A DNA stretch of 62,850 bases, counting the filler, from Octopus bimaculoides (lineage: Eukaryota), in assembly GCF_001194135.2 (NCBI RefSeq). It is 6 parts of 4 records of this genome, joined end to end, with 100 filler letters (N's around TTAATTAATTAA, not from the genome) between each part and the next. Parts side by side here need not be neighbours in the genome. Positions count along the whole stretch, not along the records: positions 1 to 14,598 come from NC_068986.1; 5 more parts are not named here. One strand, written 5' to 3'. Numbering within the stretch: the first letter of the stretch is position 1; every line of letters starts with the position of its first letter. The position numbers were made by a program, and so were the translations under genes. This document shows positions 1-12,668 of this stretch, piece by piece. The notes beneath the pieces were generated by a model. The model worked only from the letters and a program-made list of their open reading frames with translations. It was not told where the DNA came from and did not search any database.

Positions 1-51
1 CATATATATATATATATATATATGTATATGTAAAGAAGAGCCAAGCACTAA

Positions 52-490
52 TTGTGGTGGGAGGGGGGACCTGTGGAAGGGGTAGACCCTAGAAGGCATG
101 GGATGAAGTGGTGAGAAAGGATCTTTGGATGCTGGGCCTCACTGAAGAGATGGCAAGGGACTGGGAGACATGGCAATTTGTAGTACTTGAGAAGACACAT
201 CAAGCTAAGTAAAATCACTGTCTTCAACATTACATGCTTGTTCTTTCAGGTGTTGGTTCCACAGAAAAGCACCTGTGCCAGTGCTGTGTAAATGCACCCA
301 TGCTAGTGCGGCATAAACGCACCTGTGCTGATGGCACATAAAAAGCACCCAGCACACTGTTAAGTGGTTAGTGTTAAGCATGACACCCAGCCATAGAAAT
401 CTTGCCACAATAGACAACTGGAATTTGGTCAACTCCATGTTAAACAGCCCAGCCCATGCCAGGATGGAAAACAGACACTAAATAATGATC
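52..490 (+). mobile_element. RTE-clade LINE 3' end (degenerate ORF2 C-terminus plus 3' UTR)
   Basis: Degenerate reading resembles GTCGRGRPRKAWDEVVRKDL, as in the copy at 49.3 kb. The 3' UTR (aaaagcacc...cccatgccaggatggaaaacagacactaaataatgat) resembles 49700-49925. Confidence 0.8.
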
Positions 491-917
491 AGTATATGCC
501 CCAACTTTTTTTATGCACTTCAAATTCATCGTTAGTACTATAATGGTTCCCCACTATTGTCTTATCCATTCTGAACAGAATTGAATTTATCAAAGAAATG
601 TTATTTATATCAGTACTGTGAATTAGGAAAAACACTTTGCATAGGAAACAACATACCATATTGCTCAGGCTTGGATCTTATTAAACTCCCTATATTAGAG
701 AGATAGAAAAGAACACTTCAACTCAAACAGCACCGGGACAAGCCACCAGTTTGTGTAGCAGAGACAGTCTTTCATACATTGAACTGTTTAACCACAGACA
801 ACAATGTTCCAGTGAGGTGGGCAACTAGGATCTTCATCCATAGTCATAAATGACAGAGGCCAAAGATATACAGGGTATTCAGACTCAATTTGATTATTTT
901 TTTGTCTCCTTTTTCAG

Positions 918-1026
918 GAACAGCTTGATGTATTGGTCAATGGTATTGGAGAACATAAAGATTAAAGGTGTAGTTGAGAAAATGTTAGATGACTTGGAAG
1001 ACTGGAAACCATCTGAATATCAGTAA
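918..1026 (+). CDS. Candidate terminal coding exon of an unidentified gene
   Basis: Strong acceptor ttttttgtctcctttttcAG (916-917), then open frame NSLMYWSMVLENIKIKGVVEKMLDDLEDWKPSEYQ and TAA at 1024-1026. No family recognised. Confidence 0.4.
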
Positions 1027-1249
1027 AAGAGTTACTTGTACCATAATGATTTGCATCAGGTATCAAAATTCCAATATCATGACTGCTGTTTAATGCTCTG
1101 TGAACACTGTAAAGAATAACATGGGCAGCTGCAACAGAGACTATGAAACTGTTACCAGCAGGAAGGGACACAGCATACGTTCTGACACTGTCCACTTGCT
1201 AAAGCTCATCCTCACATCTTTGAACAGGCCTTAGGCTCAATTCAGATGG

Positions 1250-1738
1250 CTATGTGAAGCTATTGATGGTTGTGGTCAAATCCTGGCTTGAGAGGATTGC
1301 TACTGAAAGTCCATATGTGTGGCAGCAGGATTCTTGCTATACCTTCAGAAAAAGTCAGAAACAGTTGGAAAATTTCTACTATTTCATCAGCACAAATATC
1401 TGGCCTCCTATTTCTCCCAATTGTAATCACATGGATTACTAGGTGTGGGGCACAGTTAAGAAAGACACCAGCTGCTCTGCCTGCAGCATCCAAGGCCATG
1501 ATCAAGGAGGTGCTTGAAGATCTTCCCAGGCACACAGTGAGGAATGCTTGTGCCAAATTCCAGGGTCATCTTGAGGCTGTGGTGGAAGCTGAGGGCAGCT
1601 ACTTTGAGTAAAGTGTTGTCTCCCAACCATAATCTAGTTGATATTTTTTGATATTTTAAAATACATTTATTTTTGGATAGGATGTTGAGTTTATTTTCCT
1701 TTTATGAAAACTGTTGAATTTAGCCCTAACACCCCGTA
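1250..1738 (+). mobile_element. Tc1/mariner (mariner/maT-like) transposase 3' fragment, frameshifted
   Basis: YVWQQDS...WPPISPNCNHMDY followed by RNACAKFQGHLEAVVEAEGSYFE*, the typical DDD transposase C-terminus. Confidence 0.85.
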
Positions 1739-4700
1739 TAAATTATTATAAACATGATACGTGTTTGAGATTTTGAGATTTCATTTCCTTTGAACCACAA
1801 CATATTCACAGAATATATATATTAAAGAAAACATACAGTACTTAAATTTTCTAAGATGTAGATTTTTCTTAGATTTATAGCTTTCAATCGTTTTTTTCTT
1901 TTTCTTTAAATACAAGCTTGCAGTGAAGTTAAATCTCTCATTTTGCCACATATGAATCTCAAGCCATAGCTCAGTCATAGTTTGAACATGTGTACAACCA
2001 AGATTCTTTCCAATGTTCACATGATAGTTCAGTGGTCTGACTAGAACTTTCTCTGAGTGGGGCCTATAAATACAGTCAAATTGAGTGCCAAAATTCAGAT
2101 TGTTTTGGATTGAGTATTGTTATGCTCATCTAATAACTGTTCTCACAGCTGCATATTCAATCAAGTATAGTTGAAGAAGACCATGTTATGTCACCTGAAT
2201 ATTTGCTTGGTATATAACAAAAACTAGCCCCCATGTGTCGAGTTGCTAACAGAGACTTTCCCTGCGTATCATATGTTGTTTCATCTTACTGTTTCTATAA
2301 CCTATATTGCATGAACACCTTTCCTATTACAGTAAAAAATAAATTATGTTCCAACACAAAAAAAGCAAAACTCCTATTACAAATAAATAAATTACAATGA
2401 AACATAAAACTATAACAATGACTACTACAATATTTGATTGGTATCCTTCCTTATCAATCCCGGAGTGTTGAAGGGCGACCCTGATGAGATCACAAAAAGG
2501 GACATAACTAAATACTTCAGACTACATTATCCTATCCTTTATCAGGTCTGCTATCCTCCACATTCCGATCTTTCAAATATGTATCACAAAAGAAGTGAAC
2601 ATTTTTATTATATTAGTTTCTCACAAACAACTTTATATATACTTCTACAAGAAAAGGGGAAGACAATGTAGTCAACAACAGTACATGATTAATGCATACA
2701 GTATAGACTCCAAAGATTTTTATTTCATATTTAAAAGGCATAGAGAATTTTTATAGCAACTTACCTCTATTATTAAACCTTGCTATATATTGAAAGCATA
2801 TTACTATTACCAGATCTGTTAAGACTGTCAAGGACAGTGATAGGTAACCCCATATTGTAGCATATGCCAGGATTTTGGTAACGTTATCGAGATCACTTTG
2901 AATAAAAAAAATCGTCAAGACTCCAGCCACGTGGTAAATGCTCCAGAAAATATTCCATATTAGATAGAAGTGTTTAGGTCTCTTAAACTAGAAAGATAGA
3001 AACCAAAATTAAATATTGTTTTGGATACAGAAAACTATGAAGTTTACATAAGACACATATTTTCTCTTAGATACTTATTGAATGAAATATTATGAGAATC
3101 CAGATCAAATATACAAGGATAGTGTGTGTGTGAGAGAGAGAGAGTGAGTGTGTGTGCTTGTGCATGCGTAGTATGCATGTGTGTGCACACGTGCATGTGT
3201 GCATGCTTGAATGTATGAACAGAGAGATGTATGGTAAACTTATGGGTATGTGTTTTTCATAAAGACACTTTCTTAAGCTCACTATGAAAAAGTATATGCT
3301 ATTATTAAACCATGTTTTTTGCTCTGTAACTAGAATAGCAGGACTGATTAATTTTAATACTTCTACCACTTCCAGTGAACAAGTACTCAATTCCCTGACC
3401 ACAGAGAGATTAGTGGCTTAATAGTTATTTATATTAAACATAAACTTAAATTGGTCAGCTGTAATTTTTAAAACAGCACAAGCATTGACAACAGTGATTT
3501 GATGACTGTAAATGTAAATCTTTAGTATACTCTGTGGTTGGGAAATGAGAAAGTTGTCTCTTTTTACACCAAGGATGAAGTGTGTAGTCACAGAAACATC
3601 AAGATGTTCCAGAAGACTTCTGTTTGGTATGTAATGTTTGTCTTTTTTATGTTGGTATATTTGGGAATCATTTGTTCCATCATTTATTTCACACTAACAT
3701 TGATCATAATTCCAGCTCAGGTAGAGTTCTCTCAGAAAATAAACACTTCCATTCAATGAATTAAAACACACCCAGTAAAGTTTGTGTGTGTGTGTGTTTG
3801 TACACACACACATTAGCCTCATACTCACATACACAGGCACGTGTCCACCTACATATACATATACACATTAGCTTCATACACATACACATGTGCATGCATA
3901 CACTTATATACACATATCCCAGATCATTGTTGTTTCCCTTGCCATCAATGCATCAAGCCAACTTTTTCTCTTTCCAGTCCTTTCAGCATGCCCTCATCAG
4001 TTAACTCAAACATGTTTTTCCTTTCCATCTCTTTTCTCTCCTTATCTATCCTTTCTGTGGAAGAATATGAAGTTGAAAAGTTAAAGACTTCTGTTTTTCC
4101 TGTGCATAAACCTAATACACTCTGTTTATTGTTCTTCTGCCTTTTGTGTATGTGTGTGTGTGTATGTGTGCGCATGTGCACATTTATAGACTGTATATAT
4201 GTGGTCACCCCAGTTTGATTCTGTGTGACTGAACCGCCTCTTCTTTCAGACTTTCATCTTCTTTTCAACCTACTTCTTGGATTATTGTCCTCTCTTAACG
4301 ACTACCTTACCATCAAACTCCAACTGGATTACTATTGAAACTCTTTACTACTTGGATTACAAGGTTCTTGGATCTTACTGTGCACTGTTGTTGATTTGTA
4401 TCAGACCAAGTATTATCCCACCATATTTCCTATCTGTTGCATCCAACTCTCTTTCACACTTTCCAACACATCGAAAAAAAAAAAAAGAAAAAACCTGTTT
4501 ATCTGTTCACATTTCTTTCCTCAGTCACTGCCTTCACTTTAACCTAACCCCTAAAGACTTCCATCTCAACTGCTACCCAACTCCCCATGCTACCTCCTCC
4601 ACCAGACACATCCTCCACACGACATCATATTGCCCTAGCCACTTAGCCACATGCCTTCACTAAACTTTTTGCAAGTGAGCTTAATTCTATGATTATAATC

Positions 4701-4977
4701 TCAAGCATGCAAACTTAAAAGCTTATCAAGTGTACATGCATGTGTGCATACATGTGTTTGTGCACACACACACGTTTGTGTGAATGTGTGCATGTATAAA
4801 GTTACTAAAAAGGGAAAAAGAATTCAAGACAATTGTACATGTGTAAGGTCGACATTCAAATAGATAAATAATTTAATGGTAGCTTATTAGGTGTTTGCTT
4901 CAATGTTATACCATACTACAGAATATGAATGAATGTATACGTGTGTGATGTGGAGCTGAGTTAACTTGTTCTATGCA

Positions 4978-5076
4978 TGAGCCTGGTGTTGCTATCCAGT
5001 TTCACCAGTCCTCAGTCAAATCGTCCAACCCATGCTAGCATGGAAAGCGGACGTTAAACGATGATGATGATGATGA

Positions 5077-5079
<3 letters not shown>
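4978..5079 (+). mobile_element. RTE LINE 3' tail, 5'-truncated, ending in (GAT)n
   Basis: Near-identical to 49826-49925 (gtttcaccagtcctcagtcaaatcgtccaacccatgctagcatggaaagcggacgttaaacgatgatg). Confidence 0.9.
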
Positions 5080-5107
<28 letters not shown>

Positions 5108-5169
5108 NNNNNNNNNNNNNNNNNNNNNNNNNNNNNNNNNNNATAATATATATATTTATAACGTGATTA

Positions 5170-6718
5170 CTGTATGTCACTTTTGTATCCTACACTATAA
5201 CAGTGTGATATAAAAAAACCATGGAATGAGTTAGACACTAACTGTCTTCACTTGAGGTATTCCCAAATACTCTGCCAACAACTGTAATCAATTCAAAACA
5301 ACTCTCAATGAACTATAACAACTTCTCAACAATTTCCTGTGGCTCCATGAACTCACTAATGACACTTTTTGACTTCCTGTTATTTCTCACCTCTCGCTCT
5401 CAGTCAAACACGTTGCTACTTACATGAGTTTGGCAAGTCCATTCTCACAGGAGAGTGTCATGATTCTCGCCAAAACATTTCCCCTTTTGAGATTTGGTTT
5501 CTGCAGGAACTTGTTTATTTAATTTTATTCTCTTTTTTCATCATCACTTTTCCCTTTGTAGAGATTTTAATTTCCTCAGAAGTTTTAATATTTCTTTCAC
5601 TTAGGGTCTATTTCTAGTCGTTCTGTTTGTTTACATTTTCTATTGCTGGTCTGCCTAGGTTTCACCTCTTTTGGCGTTGGAATATCAAACAAGTCATAAC
5701 AAACTTCCATCGGTATTTCTCCTCTTTCTACGATATGTCTAGTCTTCAACTGGTTCAAATGTTTGTTCTCTCTTATTTGACATTTTATTTTGTATATCAT
5801 ACTACCAATTCTTTTTGTCTCTACACCATCCTCCCAACCTTGTCTTCCATTCTTATATATTTTGAAATGAATTTTATCTCCCACATTAGAATATTTTGTT
5901 GCATTTTGGGGGTTTTCTCTATAAGTTTTCTTCCTTTTTTGTAGATAATAAATCTATCAAAAATTGATTTTATCTTCCAGACAAGCATTAGCTCTGTGGG
6001 CAACTTGCCTGAACAGGTGTTTGGGTTAAGTGTTACTCTGTAAACCTTCAAGAATTGAGTTAGTGCTGCATCATTGCCTAATTAATTTCCTGAGTTTTTA
6101 GTGCTTGTTTAAATGTGTCTACAAACCTTTCTGCTTGACCATTTGATCTCGGGTGCTACAGCAGAGTAGAGATATGATTGACTGCACAGACCTCACAGAA
6201 AGTTTTTAATTCATACCCTGAAAACTGCATTCCGTTATCCAATACTATGGTGTCTAGGACTCCATATCGTGCAAAAAGTTCATAAAGGAACCTTATTGTT
6301 ACCTTTGAGTTTGTTTGACTGCATTTACATATCTCTGGTCTCTTGGTACAGCTATCTACTATGATCAGATAATACATGCTATTTACCAGTCCAGCAAAAT
6401 CTACATGTAGCCTGGACCATGGACTGTCAGTCTTAGGCCACGATTGGAATTTCACTGGTGGTGACTTTACTGCAAGAGCACAACCTCTGCAGGATTTCAC
6501 CAATTGTTCAATATCACAGTCTATAGTAGGCTAATACACGTAATTCCTCATTACTGATTTCATTCTTGAAATCACTGGGTGTCCTATATGAAATTCACTT
6601 AATACATGCTTTTGTAGTGTTGCTGACACTACAACTCTTTGTCATACATCAACACATTATCACACAGAGAAAAATGGTTAGCATTTGTGTTACATATATT
6701 TTTCTTTTCTTTCATTTT
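5170..6718 (-). mobile_element. Gypsy element A, 3' part: integrase, polypurine tract and 3' LTR
   Basis: HIGHPVISRMK...CRGC zinc finger, PWSRLHVDFAG, IIVDS, DNGMQFSG. PPT tcaaaaggggaaa (5490-5478) directly precedes TG at 5477. The far LTR boundary (~5170) is approximate. Confidence 0.9.
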
Positions 6719-6933
6719 TGTAATGGTGTAGGTGATAAACAGTTGAATGATCTCCCTTGCAAGAAAGATTATAGAGCAACCTCCCTTTTCTAAGTTTCTT
6801 GAAGCATCTGTGTCATGAGACGTGATTCTTAATTATTCAAGAAGCTTAGCGTATCTCTTGGAAGTTTCTACAATGTCTAGCGTTCCATTAATAAAAACAG
6901 CTTGCGAACCCGTCTTTTTGCTTCTTAGTCGAT
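6719..6933 (+). repeat. Gypsy element B 5' LTR (3'-truncated)
   Basis: Starts TGTAATGG. About 94% identical (13 differences in ~215 nt by manual alignment) to 10418-10633. Confidence 0.9.
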
Positions 6934-9900
6934 CAAAGAAAAACTTTTCACTTCTGATGTATCTCTTCAAGTAGTCAACAGCTCTCTTATTAGGACTTTT
7001 GGTGAGATTTCACTCACATTGGACCTTAATCTCAGACGAAGTTTCCAGTGGGTTTTCATCATTGCTGACCTTCTTCACCCAATTTTAGGACCTGATTTTC
7101 TCCATCATTTTTTGCTATTAGTGGATGTCAAAAGAAAGAGATTTGTAGATAGCAGTAGACAGTTTTGCACTTTAGGAAGACATTTCAATTCCACTTCTGT
7201 CAGCCTACTATTTTTTATTGCAGCTGAATCAGACAAATATTAAGCATTGCTTCAATCCTATCCTGAGTTAACAAATTTAAATTTCGATATCAATGCTTCA
7301 ACTCATACATTTACTCATCATATAACCACCAATGGATCTCACGTCCTAGATGTTTACCACCTGAAAAACTCAAAGCTGCTAAAGCAGAGTTCATCCATAT
7401 GCTCCAGCTTGGAATAATTCGTCCTTCAAAGAGCAGCTGGTCACCACCACTCCGTTTAGTGAAAAAGAAATCTGGTGACTTTAAACCCACTGGTGACTAT
7501 AGATGACTCAACGCTATTACCACTCCAGATAGGTACCACTTCGACAAGATTTTGCATCTTCTCTGCATAGTTGCATTATTTTCTCAAAAATAGATTTGAT
7601 ACTAGCATACCATCAGATTCCTGTAAACCTAAATGATATTCCGAAAACGGCTATCGCAGCTCCATTCAAGTCATTTGAATTTCTTACCATGCCCTTTGAG
7701 TTAAAGAACGCCGCCAGTACTTTTCAATGTTTCATTGATGAAGTAATATATGGATTAGATTTCGTCTACGCCTATATTGACGATCTTCTCATCGCTAGTT
7801 CTTTTGAGAAAGAACATGTGATTCATTTGAAGCAACTTTTTGAAAGGCTTTCTCAATACAAAATACGTATCAATGCTACCAAATATATTTTCGATGTGCT
7901 TTCTCTCACTTTCCTTGGACATACCATCGATAAGGATGGAATTAGGCCTGTAGTGGCGCGAAATTATAGCTGCCATTGAGGAAGTACTATTCTGCGCATG
8001 CGCAGGGGACTTCACCACCGGAAGCCCCTCGAGTTGCGCATGCGTAGTAAAACTCGTACTTAAGAGAGAGTTTCACTTTGTTAAGCGAGTTGAGCTGAGA
8101 CCTTCTACGTAACAACACCTCGCTCCTCCACGAAGCACTTTTACACTGTTCTCTGGCAGGCATCAAGGAAGACCTTTACCTTCCATTACCAAACTACAAC
8201 TTAATCAGCGGCTGCTAAGCAGAATGACAGGAATTGTGAAACCAAGCATCATAGTCATAAATAAAACCTTTTTAATATGTTGTTAATTGTTCTAATGTCT
8301 CTTCATATACAATGCTGTTGAAAGGTGATAGAGAGAGACTAAAGTCTCTATGACAACTATCATACCAACCTGTTTACAGGCCTTTGCCAGAAAAAGTTGA
8401 GGCTATCGTAAAAATTCCAGTTCCCACTTCATTAAGACAGCACAGGCAATTTCTTGGATTAGCTAATTTCTATCGACGCTTTATACCCCATTGTGCTGAA
8501 ACTTTATACCCTCTCAACAAATTGCTATAACACCGCAGGAAGAAAACAGAAAAGATAACTTTAACTCCTGCTGCAATACAAGCTTTCGACGATGTTAAAC
8601 ATAAACTCTCTCATGTCTCCATGTTGGCTCACCCCATTCCTGATGCCAATATTTCTCTTGTAGTCGACGCGTCCGAAATTGGTACCGGCGCAGTCATTCA
8701 ACAACTCCACCATGGCAGATGGCAATCTCTGGCACTTTTCTCTAAGCAGTTAAAACCAACTAAAACTAAATATAACGCATTCAGTCGTGAACTATTAGCG
8801 ATTTACCTTTCAGTTAAACACTTCCAACACATTTTGGAAGGGAGAAAGTTCACAATATTTATGAACCATAAGCCATTATCTTTCGCTTTACACTGCAAGC
8901 AAGATAAATTTTCTTTGAGAGACATTCGACATTTGGATTACATTTCACAATTCACGAGTGATATATGATATATTTCAGGTCCTGAGAACATTGTTACAGA
9001 TTCTTTATCCCGTTTACCTGTCAACGCGTTATTTTCAACTGAAGAAATTAACTTGGACAAAATGTCTAAAGATCAACCATTCATTGATTTGAATAATATA
9101 CAACCAAAACTAATTCCTTTCGACCTCGAATTTTCCCCAGTTGCGACATCAAACAAACAGATCCTTTGTGATATTTCTTCTGGTAACCCTCATTCTTTAG
9201 TTCCTGAAAAGCATCGCCGTATCGTTTTCTCAGCACTACACAATATTTCACATCCTGGTATAACAACAACATTGAAGCTTATTTCAACTCATTTTGTTTG
9301 GCTGAACATGCGTCGAGACATGGCTAATTGGACTCGTACCTGTATCGATTTTCAGAAATCCAAAGTACCTAAACATATCCGTGCACCATTAGGTACTTTC
9401 TCCACTCCAGATGCACGATTCCAGCACATACATGTTGATATAGTAGGACCTTCACCTACGAGTCAGGGCTACATGTTTTTATTAACCTGTATCGACCGTT
9501 TTTCCCACTGGCCATAAGTCATTCCACTCACAGATATCTCTTCTCTAACTGTGGCACAAACTTTAGTCACAGAATGGATTTCTCGTTTCAGAACACATGT
9601 AAAAATAGCAACAGATCACGGACGTCAATTTGAAGCTAAACTTTTCCAGGAGCTTACCAAAATTTTAGGAAGTAAATACATCCATTCCACTAGTTACCAC
9701 CCAGCTTCGAACGGTATGATCAAAAGATTTCACTGACAGCTTAAAGCTGCATTGTGTGCTTCTGCTGATTCATCTCGATGGATTGAATTTCTTCTAATTG
9801 TTCTCTTGAGTCTACGCTCTTCTATCAGAGAAGGTATCGGATATTCTCCTGCAGAATTACTTAATGATTCTTCCTTGACGCTACCTGGTCAGATGATTGT

Positions 9901-10290
9901 TCCTGCAAACACACAAGATATCGACACTACAAGTTTCGTTGAACGCCTGGGTGACTATATGTCAAAGTTACCACACATGAACACCAGAAAACAAGACATT
10001 AAAACATATTTGCCTAAGGACTATTCATATTTTTGTCTACAACGATGCCGTTAAACATCCTTTAACAGCACCGTATGCAGGACCCTTTTGTGTGCTTTCT
10101 TGCACAGGTAAAGTTTTCACCTTAGGCCTTAACTGTCATAAAGACAGTATTTCTGTTGATAGACTAAAAAAAAGGTTCAAATAGAAAAAACTATTTCCAC
10201 CCCCACTACATACAACACACGCACAGCATTACAAACGCATCTTTTACACTCAACTTCACAAACACTGACTACCAAAAGCGGTAGACGTGT
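6934..10290 (+). mobile_element. Gypsy element B pol pseudogene (protease end, RT, RNase H, integrase)
   Basis: WVFIIADLLHPILGPDFL, IPKTAIAAPF, YAYIDDLLIAS, GIRP/LPEKV, LVVDASEIGTGAV, YNAFSRELLAIY, HNISHPG, FQHIHVDIVGP, TDHGRQFE. Many stops and frameshifts. Confidence 0.95.
7949..8378 (+). mobile_element. Solo LTR (430 bp) inserted in Gypsy B RT
   Basis: TGTA...TACA termini and GGCC TSD (7945-7948 / 8379-8382). Removing it restores GIRPLPEKV. A homologue lies at 48606-49060. Confidence 0.95.
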
Positions 10291-10417
10291 GCATTGGCCC
10301 AAGAATTTAACAAATATTTATTACATTTGAACTGTGATATTATTTCTATGTTTTGACATTTTATGATGTATACATTTTTGTTATCTTCATTATTGTATAC
10401 CGTTACCTCTGCCGGTG

Positions 10418-10690
10418 TGTAGTGGTGTAGGTAGATAAATAGTTGAATGATCTCCCTTGCAAGAAAGATCATAGAGCAACCTCCCTTTTCTAAGTTTCTC
10501 GAAGCATCTGTGTCATGCGACGTGATTCTTAATTATTCAAAAATCTTAGCGTTTCTCTTGGAAGTTTCTAGAATGTCTAGCGTTCCATTAATAAAAACAG
10601 CTTGCTAACCTGTCTTTTTGCTTTTTAGTCGATTAAACTTAGAGCTATCTACGTCGTTGCTATGTCCGTCTATTTCTCTACGCCACCACT
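10418..10690 (+). repeat. Gypsy element B 3' LTR
   Basis: Starts TGTAGTGGTGTAG. An imperfect terminal inverted repeat ctacgccaccac lies at 10678-10689. The end could alternatively be gattaca at 10722. Confidence 0.85.
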
Positions 10691-10899
10691 TCCTATCTCT
10701 GAACTTTCTTGCATAGATTACATTCAACTAACTTCTACAATTTGATTTCATGTATCACCATCAAAAGAAGAATAAAAAATATTGTTATGTAGTAAATATA
10801 TAGATCTTGAATTTATTCATTCATCTCTCTATGAACTCTTGTAATAACATACACGCAGCCACATCAACAACTTGTACTGACTATACACCTTCAATATTT

Positions 10900-11593
10900 C
10901 TTTCAGCTTTGCAATGAATTTGTCATTCTCCAATTTTAATTTTATATCTTGAACAGTTACTAGCAGCTCCCGAATGACGTTACACAAAATGTTTTTTTTT
11001 TTTTAAATTTTCCACTCGCAATGCGGTAATCACGATATCTTCGAATAGTCCTGTACTTTTTGGAATTAGCCTTGATAAACAATCTGCTTGGCCTAACCTC
11101 TTGGATGGTATATACTCCATCTTAAAGTCGTAATTCAACAATATCGTACCCCAGCTTTGTAACCTATTTGCAGTATGGGTAGGAATTCCTTTCTCCAACC
11201 ACAAAATTGTTAATAATGGTCGGTGGTTAGTTTGTAGCTGAAAACTTCTACCGTGCAAAAATCTGTGAAATTTCTTCATGGCAAAAATGGTCGCTAGAGC
11301 TTCTTTCTCTATTTGACTATAGTTTTTCTCTGCCGCTATCAGAGAACGTAAGTCATGAATCACCGCTTCTATATTACTGTCTTTATACTTGTGTAGTATT
11401 ATTGCTCCTATGCCGTAATCAGAAGCGTCAGAAGCTAGAAAAATCTCTGCTGCAGGATCGAAATGAGCCAGCAACAAATCTGATATTAATATTTTTTTAA
11501 TATCATCAAACGCCTTTTGAAAATTATTTTACCAATTCTACTTCACATCTTTCTTTTAGCAAATTATTTAGCGGAGCTCTCAATTGATGCATA
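10900..11593 (-). mobile_element. Gypsy element A, RT end and RNase H
   Basis: HMHQLRAPLNNLL, LASDASDYGIGA, EKNYSQIEKEALA, FQLQTNHRPL, RLQSWGTILLNYDF, QADCLSRL. Confidence 0.92.
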
Positions 11594-12668
11594 TGTAGGA
11601 ACGACCGTGCGAACTCAAAAAGGAGAAATGGTGACGAATGGAAAAACAGAGGACTCCTTTTATTTAAACGCGTCGCATGGTCGAACACACAAATAATATA
11701 TATCAAAGATGATATACAAATATGTTATACTACGATAACATAAATAGCCAGTAATGAGACGATAGAAAAGACAACCGTATAAGATGAATAACAGAAATAT
11801 TTATTGTGGCATAAAGATGTATGTGAGAGTGTGAATGCGACAAAGAAGAACATAATCAAAGACAGGCCGTCGTACAAAGAAAAGTATGTATGTGAGTGAT
11901 ACATGTATGTGTATGTGAGATATTACAGCAGATAGAAAGAGAGTCAGTAACCGTGAGCATTTATACCAGTTCTTGAGTACACAATTGGAAGAGTCTGTAT
12001 GTGAAAGGAGTTGAGGCTGTGTGTGGCAGGGCTGATCACTAGTTGTGATGTGGTGGCTTCCATGCCGGGCCGTGATTCTTGTTATACAGATGTTCGTCGC
12101 TCGTCGCTGGCTGAAATCTCTTGTCTGTTTATTTATCGCGGTGAAGCTGAGTCACCTAACAGAATCGAAGAGAGAGATGTGCCGCGGTGGTTTAGTTTGG
12201 TGTACATAGAAAGTCGTGTTCACTATGGTTGGAGACGTTGGTGGCGAAAAGGCTGCTTGGTAGTAGTCGTAGTCTCGTGTTGCTGATGTGGCTACGGCGG
12301 TGGTAATCGTTGGCTGGACGAAGCTGTTGAAGTGGTCGCTGGCTGATTGTTGCTGCTGCTGTCGTGTGGTACACGGAACAGATCTCAAAGAGAACTGAAC
12401 CGAGACAAATTTGCTGGGTATGAATTGCTCTATTTAAAGCCTTCAGGGGGCTCCAAGACGGTAGTAGAAAAACACTATCACGTGACCTTATTAAGGGCTG
12501 TGATTGGTCAGTTTGCGTTCTGGCGGGAACGGTTCGAAGAAGTTGCCGCTTCGAATATTAATCAGTCACGTGATGACAAGGAGATGGGTTCACCGCTACG
12601 CCCGCGCTTGTTTATATTTAAATGAGAAGATTGTATGTAATGGCGATCGAGGTATTAGTTTCACTACA
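11594..12668 (-). mobile_element. Solo LTR (1075 bp) inserted in Gypsy A RT
   Basis: TGTAG...CTACA termini and CATA TSD (11590-11593 / 12669-12672). The minus strand carries a TATA-like tttaaatag and an AATAAA near its 3' end. Confidence 0.9.
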
